A stretch of 64,000 bases of DNA from an uncultured Chloroflexia bacterium. Lineage in GTDB: Bacteria; Chloroflexota; Dehalococcoidia; SM23-28-2; RBG-16-64-32. The notes beneath the pieces are model-generated. The model saw nothing but the letters and a program-made list of their open reading frames with translations. It was not told the DNA's origin and did no database searches. The translations under genes were made by a program, and so were the position numbers. The stretch lies in NCBI GenBank assembly GCA_963738925.1, contig CAVTYE010000002.1, positions 526,157-590,156 of the forward strand. Reading direction: 5' to 3'. Below are positions 8,352 through 19,190 of this stretch, piece by piece. The stretch's first letter is position 1; each line of letters opens with the position of its first letter.

Positions 8352-8855
8352 ATGGCAATTTCCGCTAACGACGTTAAAGAACTGCGCGAACGAACCGGCG
8401 CGGGCATGCTGGAGTGCAAGCAGGCGCTGGAGGCCGCCAAAGGCGACCTGGCCAAGGCTATGGCCGCGCTAAAGGAGAAGGGCCACAAGATGGCCGAAAA
8501 GCGCGCCGACCGCGAGACCGCCGAGGGCATGGTGCAGTCCTACATCCACCACAACCACCGCGTGGGCGCGCTAGTGGAGGTGAACTGCGAGTCCGACTTC
8601 GTGGCGCGAACGGAAGACTTCAAGGAGCTGGTGAAGGCCGTGGCCCTGCAGGTGGGTGGCTCCAACCCGAAGTACCTTTCCAAGGAAGACATGCCGAAGG
8701 ACAGCGAGGAAGACCCGAAAGTCGTCTGTTTGCTCGAGCAGTCCTACCTGAAGGACGAGTCCAAGACGATCGCTGAGATGGTGCGCGACACGATCGCCAA
8801 GACCGGCGAGAACATCCGCATCAAGCGCTTCGCGAGGTTCGAGCTGGGCAACTGA
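8352..8855 (+). CDS. tsf: Translation elongation factor Ts (short form, 167 aa)
   Basis: It has the UBA-like N-terminus VKELRERTGAGMLECKQAL, the motif VEVNCESDFVA, and sits immediately after rpsB. Confidence 0.9.
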   Translation: MAISANDVKELRERTGAGMLECKQALEAAKGDLAKAMAALKEKGHKMAEKRADRETAEGMVQSYIHHNHRVGALVEVNCESDFVARTEDFKELVKAVALQVGGSNPKYLSKEDMPKDSEEDPKVVCLLEQSYLKDESKTIAEMVRDTIAKTGENIRIKRFARFELGN

Positions 8856-8875
8856 TCAACAACGTTGGACGCAGA

Positions 8876-8905
8876 AACGCCGCTCATAGGGGCGGCGTTT
8901 TGTTA
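8876..8905 (+). terminator. Rho-independent terminator after tsf
   Basis: An 8-bp stem AACGCCGC/GCGGCGTT with an 8-nt loop, followed by TTTTGTT. Confidence 0.7.
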
Positions 8906-8927
8906 GACTGGGGCACGAGGAGGCTGG

Positions 8928-9713
<786 letters not shown>

Positions 9714-9716
9714 CTC

Positions 9717-10274
9717 ATGGTCCAGGAACAGATGGCGGATGCCAAGACCCGCATGCACAAAGCCACCGAGACGCTGCGCAACGAGCTGTCCAGCGTGCGC
9801 ACCGGCCGGGCCAGCCCGGGCCTGGTGGAGCACATCAAGGTGGACTACTATGGCACATCAACGCCGCTCCAGCAGATGGCCACGATCAGCACCCCTGACG
9901 CCAAGCTGATCACGATCACGCCCTACGACAAGACGGCGCTCCCGGCGATCGAGAAGGCGCTGCAGAAGTCTGACCTGGGCCTGACCCCGTCCAACGACGG
10001 CAGCGTCATTCGCCTGGCCGTGCCGCCCCTGACCGAGGACCGCCGCAAGGAGCTGGCCAAGCACATCCGCAAGCGCGTCGAGGAGGCGCGCGTAGCCGTC
10101 CGCAACGTACGCCGCGACATCCACGAACACCTGCGCAAGCTGGAGCACGACCATTCGATCTCCCAGGACGACCTCAAGCGCTCCGAGACCGAGCTCCAGA
10201 AGCTGACTGACGACCAGGTGCGGGAAGTTGACGGCATCGGCGAAGAGAAGGAGCAGGAGGTCCTCACGGTTTGA
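9717..10274 (+). CDS. frr: Ribosome recycling factor
   Basis: 185-aa ORF with LRNELSSVRTGRASPGLVEHIKVDYYG and LTEDRRKELAK. Length and position are canonical. Confidence 0.93.
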   Translation: MVQEQMADAKTRMHKATETLRNELSSVRTGRASPGLVEHIKVDYYGTSTPLQQMATISTPDAKLITITPYDKTALPAIEKALQKSDLGLTPSNDGSVIRLAVPPLTEDRRKELAKHIRKRVEEARVAVRNVRRDIHEHLRKLEHDHSISQDDLKRSETELQKLTDDQVREVDGIGEEKEQEVLTV

Positions 10275-10320
10275 GGCAGGCTGCGTCCTCAGACCGCGGC
10301 GGGCTATACTGGTGAGCAAT

Positions 10321-11148
10321 ATGGTCTCGTCCCCGACGGCCAACGGCCAGACAACCGCCAGGACCGCCATCCCGCCCCTTGAGCTTTCGCGCACGCCTGA
10401 CCACGTGGCGATCATCATGGACGGGAACGGGCGCTGGGCCCGCAGCCGCGGCAAGCCCCGCCTTTACGGACACCGCGCCGGCACCCAGAACATCCGCCGT
10501 GTGATCGAGCGTTTTGCCGACTACAACGTCTCCCACCTCACGCTCTACGCGTTCTCCACGGAGAACTGGGACCGGCCCCGCTACGAAGTCCGCGGCTTGA
10601 TGGCCCTGCTCTCCCACTTCCTCAAGCGCGAGACCCAGAACCTGCACAAAGAGGGCATCCGCCTGCTGCACATCGGCGACCTCTCGCCGCTGGGCGCAAA
10701 GCTGCAGAAGCAGATCGCCGAGGCGATCGAGCTCACGAAGGACAACAACCGGATGACCCTGGCTATCGCCTTCAACTACGGCGGCCGCGCTGAGATCGTC
10801 GACGCCGTCCGCCGGATCGTCGACGAGGGCATCCCCTCCGACAAGATCGACGAGGCGCTGTTTGACCGCTACCTCTCCACGCACGGCCAGCCGGACCCGG
10901 ACCTGATCATCCGCACCGCCGGCGAGATGCGGATCTCCAACTTCCTGCTCTGGCAGGGCGCCTACTCGGAGTTCTGCTTCACAAACGTCTACTGGCCAGA
11001 CTTCGATGTTCAGCACATCGATGAAGCGCTGAGCGCCTACAGCGGCCGCCGCCGGCGCTTTGGCGGTCTCCTCCCGGACGAGATCGACCCGGCGCTGAAC
11101 GGCAACGGTGCGCCTCCGTCCGCCAACGGCAACGGCCACAAGGCGTAA
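10321..11148 (+). CDS. uppS: Isoprenyl transferase (undecaprenyl-diphosphate synthase family)
   Basis: HVAIIMDGNGRWA, LTLYAFSTENW and RTAGEMRISNFLLWQGAYSEF are present. I chose the start at ATG 10321; the ORF track's 10228 start overlaps frr. Confidence 0.9.
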   Translation: MVSSPTANGQTTARTAIPPLELSRTPDHVAIIMDGNGRWARSRGKPRLYGHRAGTQNIRRVIERFADYNVSHLTLYAFSTENWDRPRYEVRGLMALLSHFLKRETQNLHKEGIRLLHIGDLSPLGAKLQKQIAEAIELTKDNNRMTLAIAFNYGGRAEIVDAVRRIVDEGIPSDKIDEALFDRYLSTHGQPDPDLIIRTAGEMRISNFLLWQGAYSEFCFTNVYWPDFDVQHIDEALSAYSGRRRRFGGLLPDEIDPALNGNGAPPSANGNGHKA

Positions 11149-11277
11149 GCCACGCTCGCCCAAAGACTCCTCACCGCCGCTATCGGCATACCCATCATCC
11201 TCGCCGTCATCTTCATCGGTGGGCCGCTCTTCACAGCCGTCGCCTGCCTGGTCCTGGCGCTCGGGGCGCTGGAGTTC

Positions 11278-11955
11278 GTGCACATGGTCCAGCGCGACGA
11301 GAGGCCGCTTTTCCGGCCGAGCCCGTCTGCTCTTGCCGCGGTCGCTGGCGTCGTCGCGATCACGATCGTCGCCGACGCCTGGGTTGAGTGGCCACCGGAG
11401 TTCGTCTTCGTATCCGCCGCGGCTGTGCTGTACGTGCTCGTGCGCGGGGCGCCCGCCAACCCGTGGCCGGCCTGGGCCGCGATCGGGGCGGCGCTGGTCT
11501 ACGTCGGCGTCCTCGGCTCGTACCTCGTCCTCCTCCGCGGCCTGCACAGCGGCGAGAACTGGGTGCTGCTGGCCGTCCTCTCCACCTGGGGCGCGGACAC
11601 CTGCGCCTACGCCGTGGGCAAGCTCATCGGCCGGCGCAAGATGGCGCCGCGGATCAGCCCCGGCAAGACCTGGGAGGGCACGATCGGCGGGCTCGTCGGC
11701 GGGCTGATCGTCGTCGTCGCGATCAACTGGCCGCTGGACCTGCCCGTGAGCACCGGCGAAGCGGCGATGCTGGGCCTGGTGCTGCCGGGAGTCGCCGTGC
11801 TGGCGGACCTCGGCGAATCGGCGCTCAAGCGCGGGGCCGGCGTCAAGGACACGAGCGTGCTGGTGCCGGGCCACGGCGGCTTCCTGGACAGGCTGGACTC
11901 ACTGCTGTTTACGGTGCCTCTGGTATACTATTTTGCAACTTGGATTGTTCTTTAG
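11278..11955 (+). CDS. cdsA: Phosphatidate cytidylyltransferase; the N-terminal TM helix is encoded upstream of the first canonical start
   Basis: It carries the C-terminal CdsA signature SALKRGAGVKDTSVLVPGHGGFLDRLDSLLF. Codons 11149-11277, in the same frame, read ATLAQRLLTAAIGIPIILAVIFIGGPLFTAVACLVLALGALEF. Confidence 0.85.
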   Translation: MHMVQRDERPLFRPSPSALAAVAGVVAITIVADAWVEWPPEFVFVSAAAVLYVLVRGAPANPWPAWAAIGAALVYVGVLGSYLVLLRGLHSGENWVLLAVLSTWGADTCAYAVGKLIGRRKMAPRISPGKTWEGTIGGLVGGLIVVVAINWPLDLPVSTGEAAMLGLVLPGVAVLADLGESALKRGAGVKDTSVLVPGHGGFLDRLDSLLFTVPLVYYFATWIVL

Positions 11956-12027
11956 AGCCACAGATTTGCTTCGTTTGACGCCCCCTCAATCGCCCCTCAC
12001 TCTTCCCACTTTCCCCTCCTTTCCCGG

Positions 12028-13182
12028 ATGAAGATGATCCGCGTCGCCGTGCTCGGGTCCACGGGCTCCGTGGGCAAGCAGACGCTCGACGTCATCCGAT
12101 CACTCCCCGGCCGATTCAACGTCGTGGGGCTGGCCGCCGGCAACAACGTCACTACGCTGGAGGAGCAGGCCCGCGAGTTCAAGCCACGGATGATCTGCCA
12201 CGACCGCGAGCCGGAGTACCTCGCAAGCCGCCAGTCCGACGGCGGCATCACCGCCAAGTGGGCGACGATGGAGGAGATGGCCGCGCATCGCGATGTCGAT
12301 CTCGTCGTCGTGGCCACGGTTGGGGCGACGGGTCTTGGGCCTGCCCTGGCCGCGGCGCGCGCCGGCAAGCGGATCGCCCTGGCCAACAAGGAAGTCCTGG
12401 TCATGGCCGGCCACATCCTGACGGCGGAGGCCAGGCGTTCCGGCGCCGAGCTCCTCCCGGTGGACTCCGAGCACTCGGCGATCTGGCAGTGCCTCTGGGG
12501 CGAGTCGTCCGAATCCGTCGAGCGGCTGGTGATCACGGCTTCCGGCGGCGCCCTGCGGGACCTGCCGAAAGAGGAGTTGGAGCGCGTAACGGCCGAACAG
12601 GCGCTGCGGCATCCTAACTGGCAGATGGGGAAGAAGATAACCGTGGACAGCGCCACCCTTATGAACAAGGGCCTGGAGTGCATCGAGGCGCGATGGCTCT
12701 TCGACGTGCCGATGGAGCGCATCGAGGTCCTAATGCACCGCGAAAGCATCGTCCATTCGCTCGTGGAGTTCGTGGATGGGGCCGTCAAGGCGCAACTGGG
12801 GGTGCCGGACATGCGTCTACCCATACAGTGCGCCTTAACCTATCCGGACCGCGTCGCCGAAACGTCAGTGCCCCGGCTCGACCTGAAGTCGATCGGCACA
12901 CTGAACTTCGGCATCCCGAACTACGCGCGCTTCCCCTGCCTGGGCCTGGCGCTGGAAGCCGGGCGCCGCGGCGGTTCAACGCCGGCGGTGCTGGCGGCCG
13001 CGGACGAAGTAGCCGTAGACAACTTCCTGGCCGGCTACATCCGTTTCCCGGAGATCGCCCACGTGATCCAGGCGACGCTCGACGCCCACGATCCGATCGG
13101 CAACCCATCGCTGGAACAGGTGCTGGAAGCCGACGCCTGGGCGCGGGCCTACGCCGAAGATTCCATCAAAGCGAAGGCCTGA
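12028..13182 (+). CDS. dxr: 1-deoxy-D-xylulose-5-phosphate reductoisomerase
   Basis: VLGSTGSVGKQTLDV, LANKE, DSEHSA and NKGLE motifs; 384 aa. Confidence 0.94.
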   Translation: MKMIRVAVLGSTGSVGKQTLDVIRSLPGRFNVVGLAAGNNVTTLEEQAREFKPRMICHDREPEYLASRQSDGGITAKWATMEEMAAHRDVDLVVVATVGATGLGPALAAARAGKRIALANKEVLVMAGHILTAEARRSGAELLPVDSEHSAIWQCLWGESSESVERLVITASGGALRDLPKEELERVTAEQALRHPNWQMGKKITVDSATLMNKGLECIEARWLFDVPMERIEVLMHRESIVHSLVEFVDGAVKAQLGVPDMRLPIQCALTYPDRVAETSVPRLDLKSIGTLNFGIPNYARFPCLGLALEAGRRGGSTPAVLAAADEVAVDNFLAGYIRFPEIAHVIQATLDAHDPIGNPSLEQVLEADAWARAYAEDSIKAKA

Positions 13183-13252
13183 CGGTGACTCCGGATCGTA
13201 TCCCCATGAGGGACCTTCTACCCGAGATGCTGTATGAGAACATGAGGCCAAC

Positions 13253-14374
13253 GTGGATATCCTGATCCACTACATCATCCCGTTCGTCGTCATGCTCGTG
13301 GCGTTGATCGTCTTCCACGAGCTGGGCCACTACGTCACAGCCAAGCTGTTCGGGATAACTGTGCTGGAGGCCGGCCTTGGTTACCCGCCGCGCGTCTGGG
13401 GGTTCACCTGGAAGGGCACGATCTACTCGATCAACCTGCTGCCTCTCGGCGGCTTCGTTCGGCTTCTGGGCGAAGAAGACCCGAGCGATCCGCACAGCCT
13501 GGCGGCGCAGAAAGCCTGGAAACGGATCATCGTGCTCGTCTCCGGCGCGGGGATGAACTTCATCCTGCCGATCTTCCTTTTCGCACTTGTCTTCATGATC
13601 CCGCGCAACGTCGCCAAGGGCCCCGTCGTGATCGACGTGGTCGAGGCGGGCTCACCGGCGGCGGCGGCCGGCATCTCCGATGGCGACACGATCATCTCCA
13701 TCAACGGCCACGACGTGAAGAACACCGAGGACGCCGGACGCCTGATCCGCCTCAACATGGGCCGGACACTGACGTTCGAGGTCAGCCACACCGATTTCGG
13801 TGGCGAGACGTCGATCATCGACGCCCAGGTGGAGGCGCGCTGGGCGCCACCCAGTGGCCAGGGACCGACCGGCATCCGCATCCACGACCGCGTGACCGGT
13901 TCAGCGGTGTGCCAGGGCACATCGCCGCCTTCACAGTGCTATGACCGCGAGCATTTCGACGTGTTCACGGCGATCGGCAAAGGCTGGACCTCAACCTGGC
14001 AGTCGCTGGTGCTTGCCCGCAACCAGGTCATCGCCATGTTCAAGGGCGGCTCCGGGCCTTCTGTCTCGGGTCCCGTCGGGATCGCCCAGGCCACGGGTGA
14101 AGTCGTCAAGCAGGAAGGCTGGGTGACGCTGCTCCAGCTGGCGGCGCTGCTATCGCTCAACCTCGGTATCATCAACGTCCTGCCGCTGCCGATGCTGGAC
14201 GGCGGCCGCATCTTCTTCGTCCTGATAGAGGTGGCGCGCAGAGGTAAACGCATCGCCCCGGAGAAAGAGGCGATAGTGCACCTCGTGGGGCTGGCGCTTA
14301 TCATAACTATGGCTGTAGTTGTGACATATGTAGACATCGCGCGCATCATCAGCGGAAAGAGCCTGTTCTCATGA
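13253..14374 (+). CDS. rseP: RIP (site-2) zinc metalloprotease, RseP family
   Basis: HELGHY is present in the first TM segment, along with a PDZ-like segment, a C-terminal LLSLNLGIINVLPLPMLDGG motif, and the dxr-rseP-ispG synteny. Confidence 0.88.
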   Translation: MDILIHYIIPFVVMLVALIVFHELGHYVTAKLFGITVLEAGLGYPPRVWGFTWKGTIYSINLLPLGGFVRLLGEEDPSDPHSLAAQKAWKRIIVLVSGAGMNFILPIFLFALVFMIPRNVAKGPVVIDVVEAGSPAAAAGISDGDTIISINGHDVKNTEDAGRLIRLNMGRTLTFEVSHTDFGGETSIIDAQVEARWAPPSGQGPTGIRIHDRVTGSAVCQGTSPPSQCYDREHFDVFTAIGKGWTSTWQSLVLARNQVIAMFKGGSGPSVSGPVGIAQATGEVVKQEGWVTLLQLAALLSLNLGIINVLPLPMLDGGRIFFVLIEVARRGKRIAPEKEAIVHLVGLALIITMAVVVTYVDIARIISGKSLFS

Positions 14375-15597
14375 CCGACGAACCGTTTGCACTGGCACCC
14401 CGCCGCGTCTCGCGGCCCGTCCACGTCGGCGACGTGCAGGTCGGCGGCGACGCCGACGTCGTCGTGCAGACGATGACGAACACGGACACCGCCGACGCCA
14501 GGGCCACGATCGAACAGATCGCCCGCCTGGCCGACGAAGGCGCGGAGATCGTCCGCATCGCCGTGCCGGACAAGCGCGCCGCCGCAGCCGTCCCGGAGAT
14601 CGTCCAGAAGACCGTCGTGCCGCTGATCGCCGACATCCACTTCGACCACCGGCTGGCGCTGGAGGCGATCAAGGGCGGCATCCACGGCCTGCGCCTCAAT
14701 CCCGGCAACATCCGCGACGAGGAGAAGGTCCGCGAAGTCGTCCGGGCGGCCCAGCCCCGCGGCATCTCCATCCGCATCGGCGTCAACGAAGGCTCGCTGC
14801 CGCCGATCCCGGCGCTCAAGGACGGCGAGCTGCCCCCCAGCAAGGTCTCGCGCATGGTCGATGCCGCGCTGTGGGAGATCGGCGTGCTGACCGACATGGG
14901 CTTCGAGGACATCAAGCTTTCGATGAAGGCGTTCGACGTGCCGACGATGGTCAGCGCTTATCGCGCCATCGCCCCGAAGATCCCTTACCCGCTGCACCTC
15001 GGCGTCACCGAAGCCGGGACTCCCGGCGCCGGCTCCGTGCGCTCCGCCGTCGGCATCGGGATCCTGCTGGCGGAAGGGATCGGGGACACGATCCGCGTCT
15101 CGCTGGCCGCAGACCCCGTGGAGGAGCTGCCCGTCTGCTGGGACATCCTGAAGTCGCTGAACCTGCGCCAGCGCGGCGCAACGATCGTCGCCTGCCCGAC
15201 CTGCGGCCGCATCGAGGTGGACCTGATCCCGCTGGCCAACCAGGTTGAGGAGACGTTCAAGCTGATCGGCAAGCCGATCACCGTCGCCGTCATGGGCTGC
15301 GTGGTGAACGGGCCCGGCGAGTCACGGGACGCCGACATCGGCCTCGCCGCCGGCAAGGGGCGAGGCGCCATCTTCCGCAAGGGCGAAGTGGTGCGCGTGG
15401 TTCAGGAGGAGCAGTTCATGTCGGCACTGCTGGAAGAGGGCGCGAAGGTGATCCAGGAGAAGTTCGGCGAAACGATCGACATCACCCCGTACCTCGACCC
15501 GGCACCAGCGTCCGGCGATTCCCTGGACGATATGATCTCCCTGACGCCGGTCGCCGCCTCGCCGCAGCTGCCGGGCCGCGCCGCCCGCCGCGGCTAA
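14371..15597 (+). CDS. ispG: 4-hydroxy-3-methylbut-2-en-1-yl diphosphate synthase (flavodoxin)
   Basis: VQTMTNTDT, LRLNPGN, ACPTCGR and MGCVVNGPGE motifs. The start overlaps the rseP stop as ATGA. Confidence 0.93.
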   Translation: MTDEPFALAPRRVSRPVHVGDVQVGGDADVVVQTMTNTDTADARATIEQIARLADEGAEIVRIAVPDKRAAAAVPEIVQKTVVPLIADIHFDHRLALEAIKGGIHGLRLNPGNIRDEEKVREVVRAAQPRGISIRIGVNEGSLPPIPALKDGELPPSKVSRMVDAALWEIGVLTDMGFEDIKLSMKAFDVPTMVSAYRAIAPKIPYPLHLGVTEAGTPGAGSVRSAVGIGILLAEGIGDTIRVSLAADPVEELPVCWDILKSLNLRQRGATIVACPTCGRIEVDLIPLANQVEETFKLIGKPITVAVMGCVVNGPGESRDADIGLAAGKGRGAIFRKGEVVRVVQEEQFMSALLEEGAKVIQEKFGETIDITPYLDPAPASGDSLDDMISLTPVAASPQLPGRAARRG

Positions 15598-17007
15598 TCA
15601 GCCGGTCGCGCGCTCTTCCTGGGGCTTGTAGAGCCGGAACCCTGCCCAGACGACGATCGTGAAGATCAGGCATCCCACGATGATCGCCAGCGCGACCACC
15701 GTTGAGGTGTGCTTCAACGCGTCGACGGAGTCTTCATCGGCGTTCAGGAGGACTTCCCAGAAGAGGAAGCCGCTGATCAGGGACACCAACAGCCAGGCCG
15801 GCTTGCTCCAGCGGATGAGCTTGTGGCCGTCCATGTAGCGGATCGGGATCAGCTGCAAGAAGAGGGACTGCAGCCCGGAGGCGAAGAGGCCGATCGCGAT
15901 GCCCTCCGGGATCGCTGACCACCAGGTGTCCTCAGACTTCGAGAAGTCGCGGAGCGGCCCGGCCGCCCACCAGGCCAGGAGGCACGCGCCCAGGCAGAAG
16001 AGGGTGGGGTAGAAGACCTGCTTCCCCTCCTGCTCATCGGTCAGCTTGGTCTTGCCGATAAGGGTGTGTGAGGCCACGAACCCGTACATCAACCCCGGCA
16101 CGAACCCGGAGATGCGCGTCATGACGACGCAGATCAGGGCCACGGCCACTCCCGTCGGGAAGACGCGGATCGCCGCTTCAACTCCGTAGCGCTTGCTCAT
16201 CAGGAGCTGGACGCCGTCGTAGGTGTAGGTCACAAGCGCGAACGCTCCCAGGTAGCTGATGAACAGCACCAGGCTCTGCGTGTTCAACCCGAAGTCCGGC
16301 TCTTCAAGCCCGTAGATCCCCGCCGCAATCGCCAGCGCGATTAGGGATGGTGCGATCGAGCGCAGGGGGTTGACCTTGCCGAACATGCTCGTCGAAAAGC
16401 GGTCCTGCCAACGCATGTATCCACGGAACGGTTTGGCCGCCATCTTCATCAGGGCGCGGACGTCCGCGTCGTTCTCCTCCAGCGTCTGGTTGAAGATGGC
16501 CGCGGTCAGCAAGAGCACAACGAGCGTGATGATCGCGAGACCGGCGTTGGTCGAGACGACTTTCGGGCTGGTGGTGATGTTGGAGAAGAGGCGCACTCCC
16601 TGCACGACTTCCGGCCGCGGTCCCGGGATGTAGGTGATGGAGGAGCTGTCGCTGTCGTTGTTCTGGGGCGGCTGCTCCTCGCCCAGGACCGCCGGCGTTT
16701 GCGATGGGCTCATGGTGTGAGTCGGCTCCGGGACCGGCGTATTCGTCGGCGTTGGCGAAGGAGAAGGCGTGGGCGTCGCCGTGGCGGCTCGAACGGCGGG
16801 CGTTGGGGTGCGCGTCGGCGTCTGCGTTGGCGTGGGCGTGGGCGCCGGGGTCGGTGTGGGTGGCTCGTTTCTGTTAGTCGTGGGCGTCGCCGTCCTGTGT
16901 ACGATCGGCGTAGGCGTGCGCGGAGTCGCCGTCGGCGTGGGTGTCGGCGTGGGTGTTATGACCGGCGGCTGCGTTGGCGTGTTGTGCGAGATCGGAGTCG
17001 GCGTCAC
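15598..17007 (-). CDS. C-terminal polytopic membrane domain of a split PT-linker surface protein; downstream half of 15598..18437
   Basis: The ORF starts inside a Pro/Thr tract and continues into roughly 8 predicted TM helices. Its frame stays open upstream through the PT repeats. Confidence 0.6.
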   Translation of the reverse strand: MTPTPISHNTPTQPPVITPTPTPTPTATPRTPTPIVHRTATPTTNRNEPPTPTPAPTPTPTQTPTRTPTPAVRAATATPTPSPSPTPTNTPVPEPTHTMSPSQTPAVLGEEQPPQNNDSDSSSITYIPGPRPEVVQGVRLFSNITTSPKVVSTNAGLAIITLVVLLLTAAIFNQTLEENDADVRALMKMAAKPFRGYMRWQDRFSTSMFGKVNPLRSIAPSLIALAIAAGIYGLEEPDFGLNTQSLVLFISYLGAFALVTYTYDGVQLLMSKRYGVEAAIRVFPTGVAVALICVVMTRISGFVPGLMYGFVASHTLIGKTKLTDEQEGKQVFYPTLFCLGACLLAWWAAGPLRDFSKSEDTWWSAIPEGIAIGLFASGLQSLFLQLIPIRYMDGHKLIRWSKPAWLLVSLISGFLFWEVLLNADEDSVDALKHTSTVVALAIIVGCLIFTIVVWAGFRLYKPQEERATG

Positions 17008-17324
17008 CGTGGGCTCGATCGTCGGCGAAGGCGTGGGGCTTGGCGTCGGCGAGGGCGTCGGGGTCGGGGTCGGTGTAGGCGTGGGGGTAGGCGTTGGACT
17101 TGGAGTCGGCGAAGGCGTGGGGCTCGGCGTCGGCGTTGGTGTAGGTGTCGGCGTCGGTGTCGGGCTGGCGTCGGCGACGGCGTGGGGCTGGGTGTTGGCG
17201 ACGGTGTCGGACTCGGCGTTGGCGAAGGTGTCGGACTGGGGGTTGGAGACGGCGTCGGGCTCGGCGTCGGCGAAGGTGTTGGACTTGGCGTCGGCGAAGG
17301 TGTGGGGCTGGGCGAGGGCGTCGG
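16707..17324 (-). repeat. Coding Pro/Thr/Ser low-complexity tandem repeat (PTPS/PTPT units, 12-nt periodicity), about 206 codons
   Basis: Read directly: (PTPS)n in ORF 17004..18437 and PTPTPT tracts in ORF 15598..17007. Confidence 0.85.
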
Positions 17325-18437
17325 GCCGACGCAGGTCACGGTGCCGGATACCAGCAGGCCCGTGGCAGCGGTCTCGTTGGAGGTGCGGGCGTAGAGGGTG
17401 TGTGAGCCGCCCGATGGGTTGTTTACGATGTACGTCGCCGGGTGGAGCTGCGAGAAGTTGGTCGTCAGGTTGCTGCCGAGGGTCATGCCCAGGATGTTCG
17501 GGCCGCCGTCCAGCGAGAAGGTGCTGTTGTTGTCTACGGCGAAGTCGACTGAGATCGTCAGCGAGGTGGTGTTGGCGGGCACCGTAAAGGACATCGCGTA
17601 TATGTAGTCGCCTGCCGGCTCCCCGCTGTCGCCGTTGGCGGCGTCGGGGTGTATCCAGTTGCTCCCGGCGGGCGCCGAAACCCAGGAGGCGTTTTTGGCG
17701 ATGCCGTAGCCGTAGCCGGCCTGGGGGGCGCTGACCACGCCCCAGATCGGGTCCAGGGCGCCGATGCCGGCGCTGCCGGTGTTGGCGCTGATGCCGGCGG
17801 AGGTGCAGACGGTCGCCGTGGGAGCCGCCGGCGTCGATACGTCGAGGTAGGACCCGCCGCCGGCGTTGTTGAGCCGGACGGCGATCAGGTTGCCGCCGGT
17901 GTGCAGGTAAGGCCGTATGTCCAGGGCCGGTACACTGGTGTTGTCAGCCCCGCAGGACGAACGGTTCACGCAGCCGACGACGCCATCGCCATGCCCGGCC
18001 GGGAAGAGGCCGACGAGCGAGCCATTGATGTACAGCCACATCGAATCGTCGCTGGCGAACGACAGCGGCGGAACGCTGCCGACGATCTGGACGTCCAGGG
18101 TGCGCCGGTAGAGGCGGTTGAAGCCGGAGCCGATGGAGTTGGTGTCCGGAAGCGTCGTGAACGACCAGCTGGCGTCACCGTTGAAGTTGGCGTTAGGCTC
18201 GTACCACTTCAGGTGTTGGGCGGAGTTGTCGACCGGGTCGGTGAATGGGCTGCTGATAGCAGAGCTGGCCAGCCACGAGGTGCCCCAGGTGTAAGGGGCG
18301 ACGGCCTCGGCGCCCTGGGGCGATGTGGACGACCCGGCGAAGGCGATAAGGACGGCCACCGCGGCCATAGCGAGTGCCGCGGCGAAGCCAATCTTGACAT
18401 CTCGAAACTGCATGTGTGCCCGGCGGAGATCTCTCAT
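17004..18437 (-). CDS. N-terminal half of the split PT-linker surface protein (signal anchor plus a roughly 330-aa extracellular beta-rich domain)
   Basis: It has an N-terminal hydrophobic anchor ([20 protein letters not shown]) and a jelly-roll/PA14-like segment ([18 protein letters not shown]). The Arg-rich tail after (PTPS)n is an out-of-frame reading of PT repeats. Confidence 0.6.
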   Translation of the reverse strand: MRDLRRAHMQFRDVKIGFAAALAMAAVAVLIAFAGSSTSPQGAEAVAPYTWGTSWLASSAISSPFTDPVDNSAQHLKWYEPNANFNGDASWSFTTLPDTNSIGSGFNRLYRRTLDVQIVGSVPPLSFASDDSMWLYINGSLVGLFPAGHGDGVVGCVNRSSCGADNTSVPALDIRPYLHTGGNLIAVRLNNAGGGSYLDVSTPAAPTATVCTSAGISANTGSAGIGALDPIWGVVSAPQAGYGYGIAKNASWVSAPAGSNWIHPDAANGDSGEPAGDYIYAMSFTVPANTTSLTISVDFAVDNNSTFSLDGGPNILGMTLGSNLTTNFSQLHPATYIVNNPSGGSHTLYARTSNETAATGLLVSGTVTCVGPTPSPSPTPSPTPSPTPSPTPSPTPSPTPSPTPSPTPSPTPSPTPSPTPSPTPARHRRRHLHQRRRRAPRLRRLQVQRLPPRLHRPRPRRPRRRQAPRLRRRSSPR

Positions 18438-18767
18438 CGTGCCCTAATCAGGTGTGTGATCTGGGGTGGACGATTGGGGACAAGCGCGAACGCCGTGCGC
18501 TGTGTGATTCGCTGACGTGGACCTGTGTCCATCACGGGATGGTCGCAGACTCAAGCCTTGCCCCCTTTGTTCGCCAAGTCTAGCCGCTGTGTGTTTAGGA
18601 ATTATTGCGTGTAGTTGACATCTGTGTAAACTCCGTGGAACCCCATTTTCTTACACTATTGCAGGCGTAAAACGGGTTCCGGGACCCCTGGATTGCTGCG
18701 TAACAGTCACGGACAGGTCACATCGAGCGCGATTGCCGCCTCTGACGTTGGGCGCCGTGGGTTGCCG

Positions 18768-19100
18768 CTAGGCAACGCCGACGCAGAACTCGTTGCCTTC
18801 GAGGTCGCTCATTACGACCCACTGCCTGCCGCCTTCCTCCTTCTCCTCCACCACCTTGGCCCCCAGGCGTTCCAGGCGGAAGATTTCGCCTTTCGGGTCC
18901 TTCGTAATGAGGTCCAGGTGCATGCAGTTCTTGGCGGTCTTGGGCTCCGGCACCTTCTGGAAGGAGATCATCAACCCGGAGTCAGACTTGAGCACAGTGC
19001 CGCCCTCATCGGCCATGAAGCCGTCCAGGGCGATGGTCCAGAATCCGGCCAGGCGTTGCGGGTCTTCGCAGTCGATGGTGATCGATATGAGGTTGGCCAA
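18768..19100 (-). CDS. VOC-family (glyoxalase-like domain) protein, single module
   Basis: 110 aa. ITIDCEDPQRLAGFW, VPEPK..KN..H.D and EGNEFCV match the glyoxalase-like VOC subfamily. Confidence 0.8.
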   Translation of the reverse strand: MANLISITIDCEDPQRLAGFWTIALDGFMADEGGTVLKSDSGLMISFQKVPEPKTAKNCMHLDLITKDPKGEIFRLERLGAKVVEEKEEGGRQWVVMSDLEGNEFCVGVA

Positions 19101-19190
19101 AGCTGTGCTCCTTCCTGAATCGGAGCCAACGATAGCAGCGGCGGCGGCGAGGCGCGACTAAGGTTTTGTAAACGTTCGTTTAACCGGCGC

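Noticed and set aside
16707-17324. Highly periodic 12-nt repeats that could superficially suggest a CRISPR-like or VNTR array.
   Set aside because: The period is 12 nt with no unique spacers. The repeats are in frame and encode PTPS/PTPT linker codons inside a protein.
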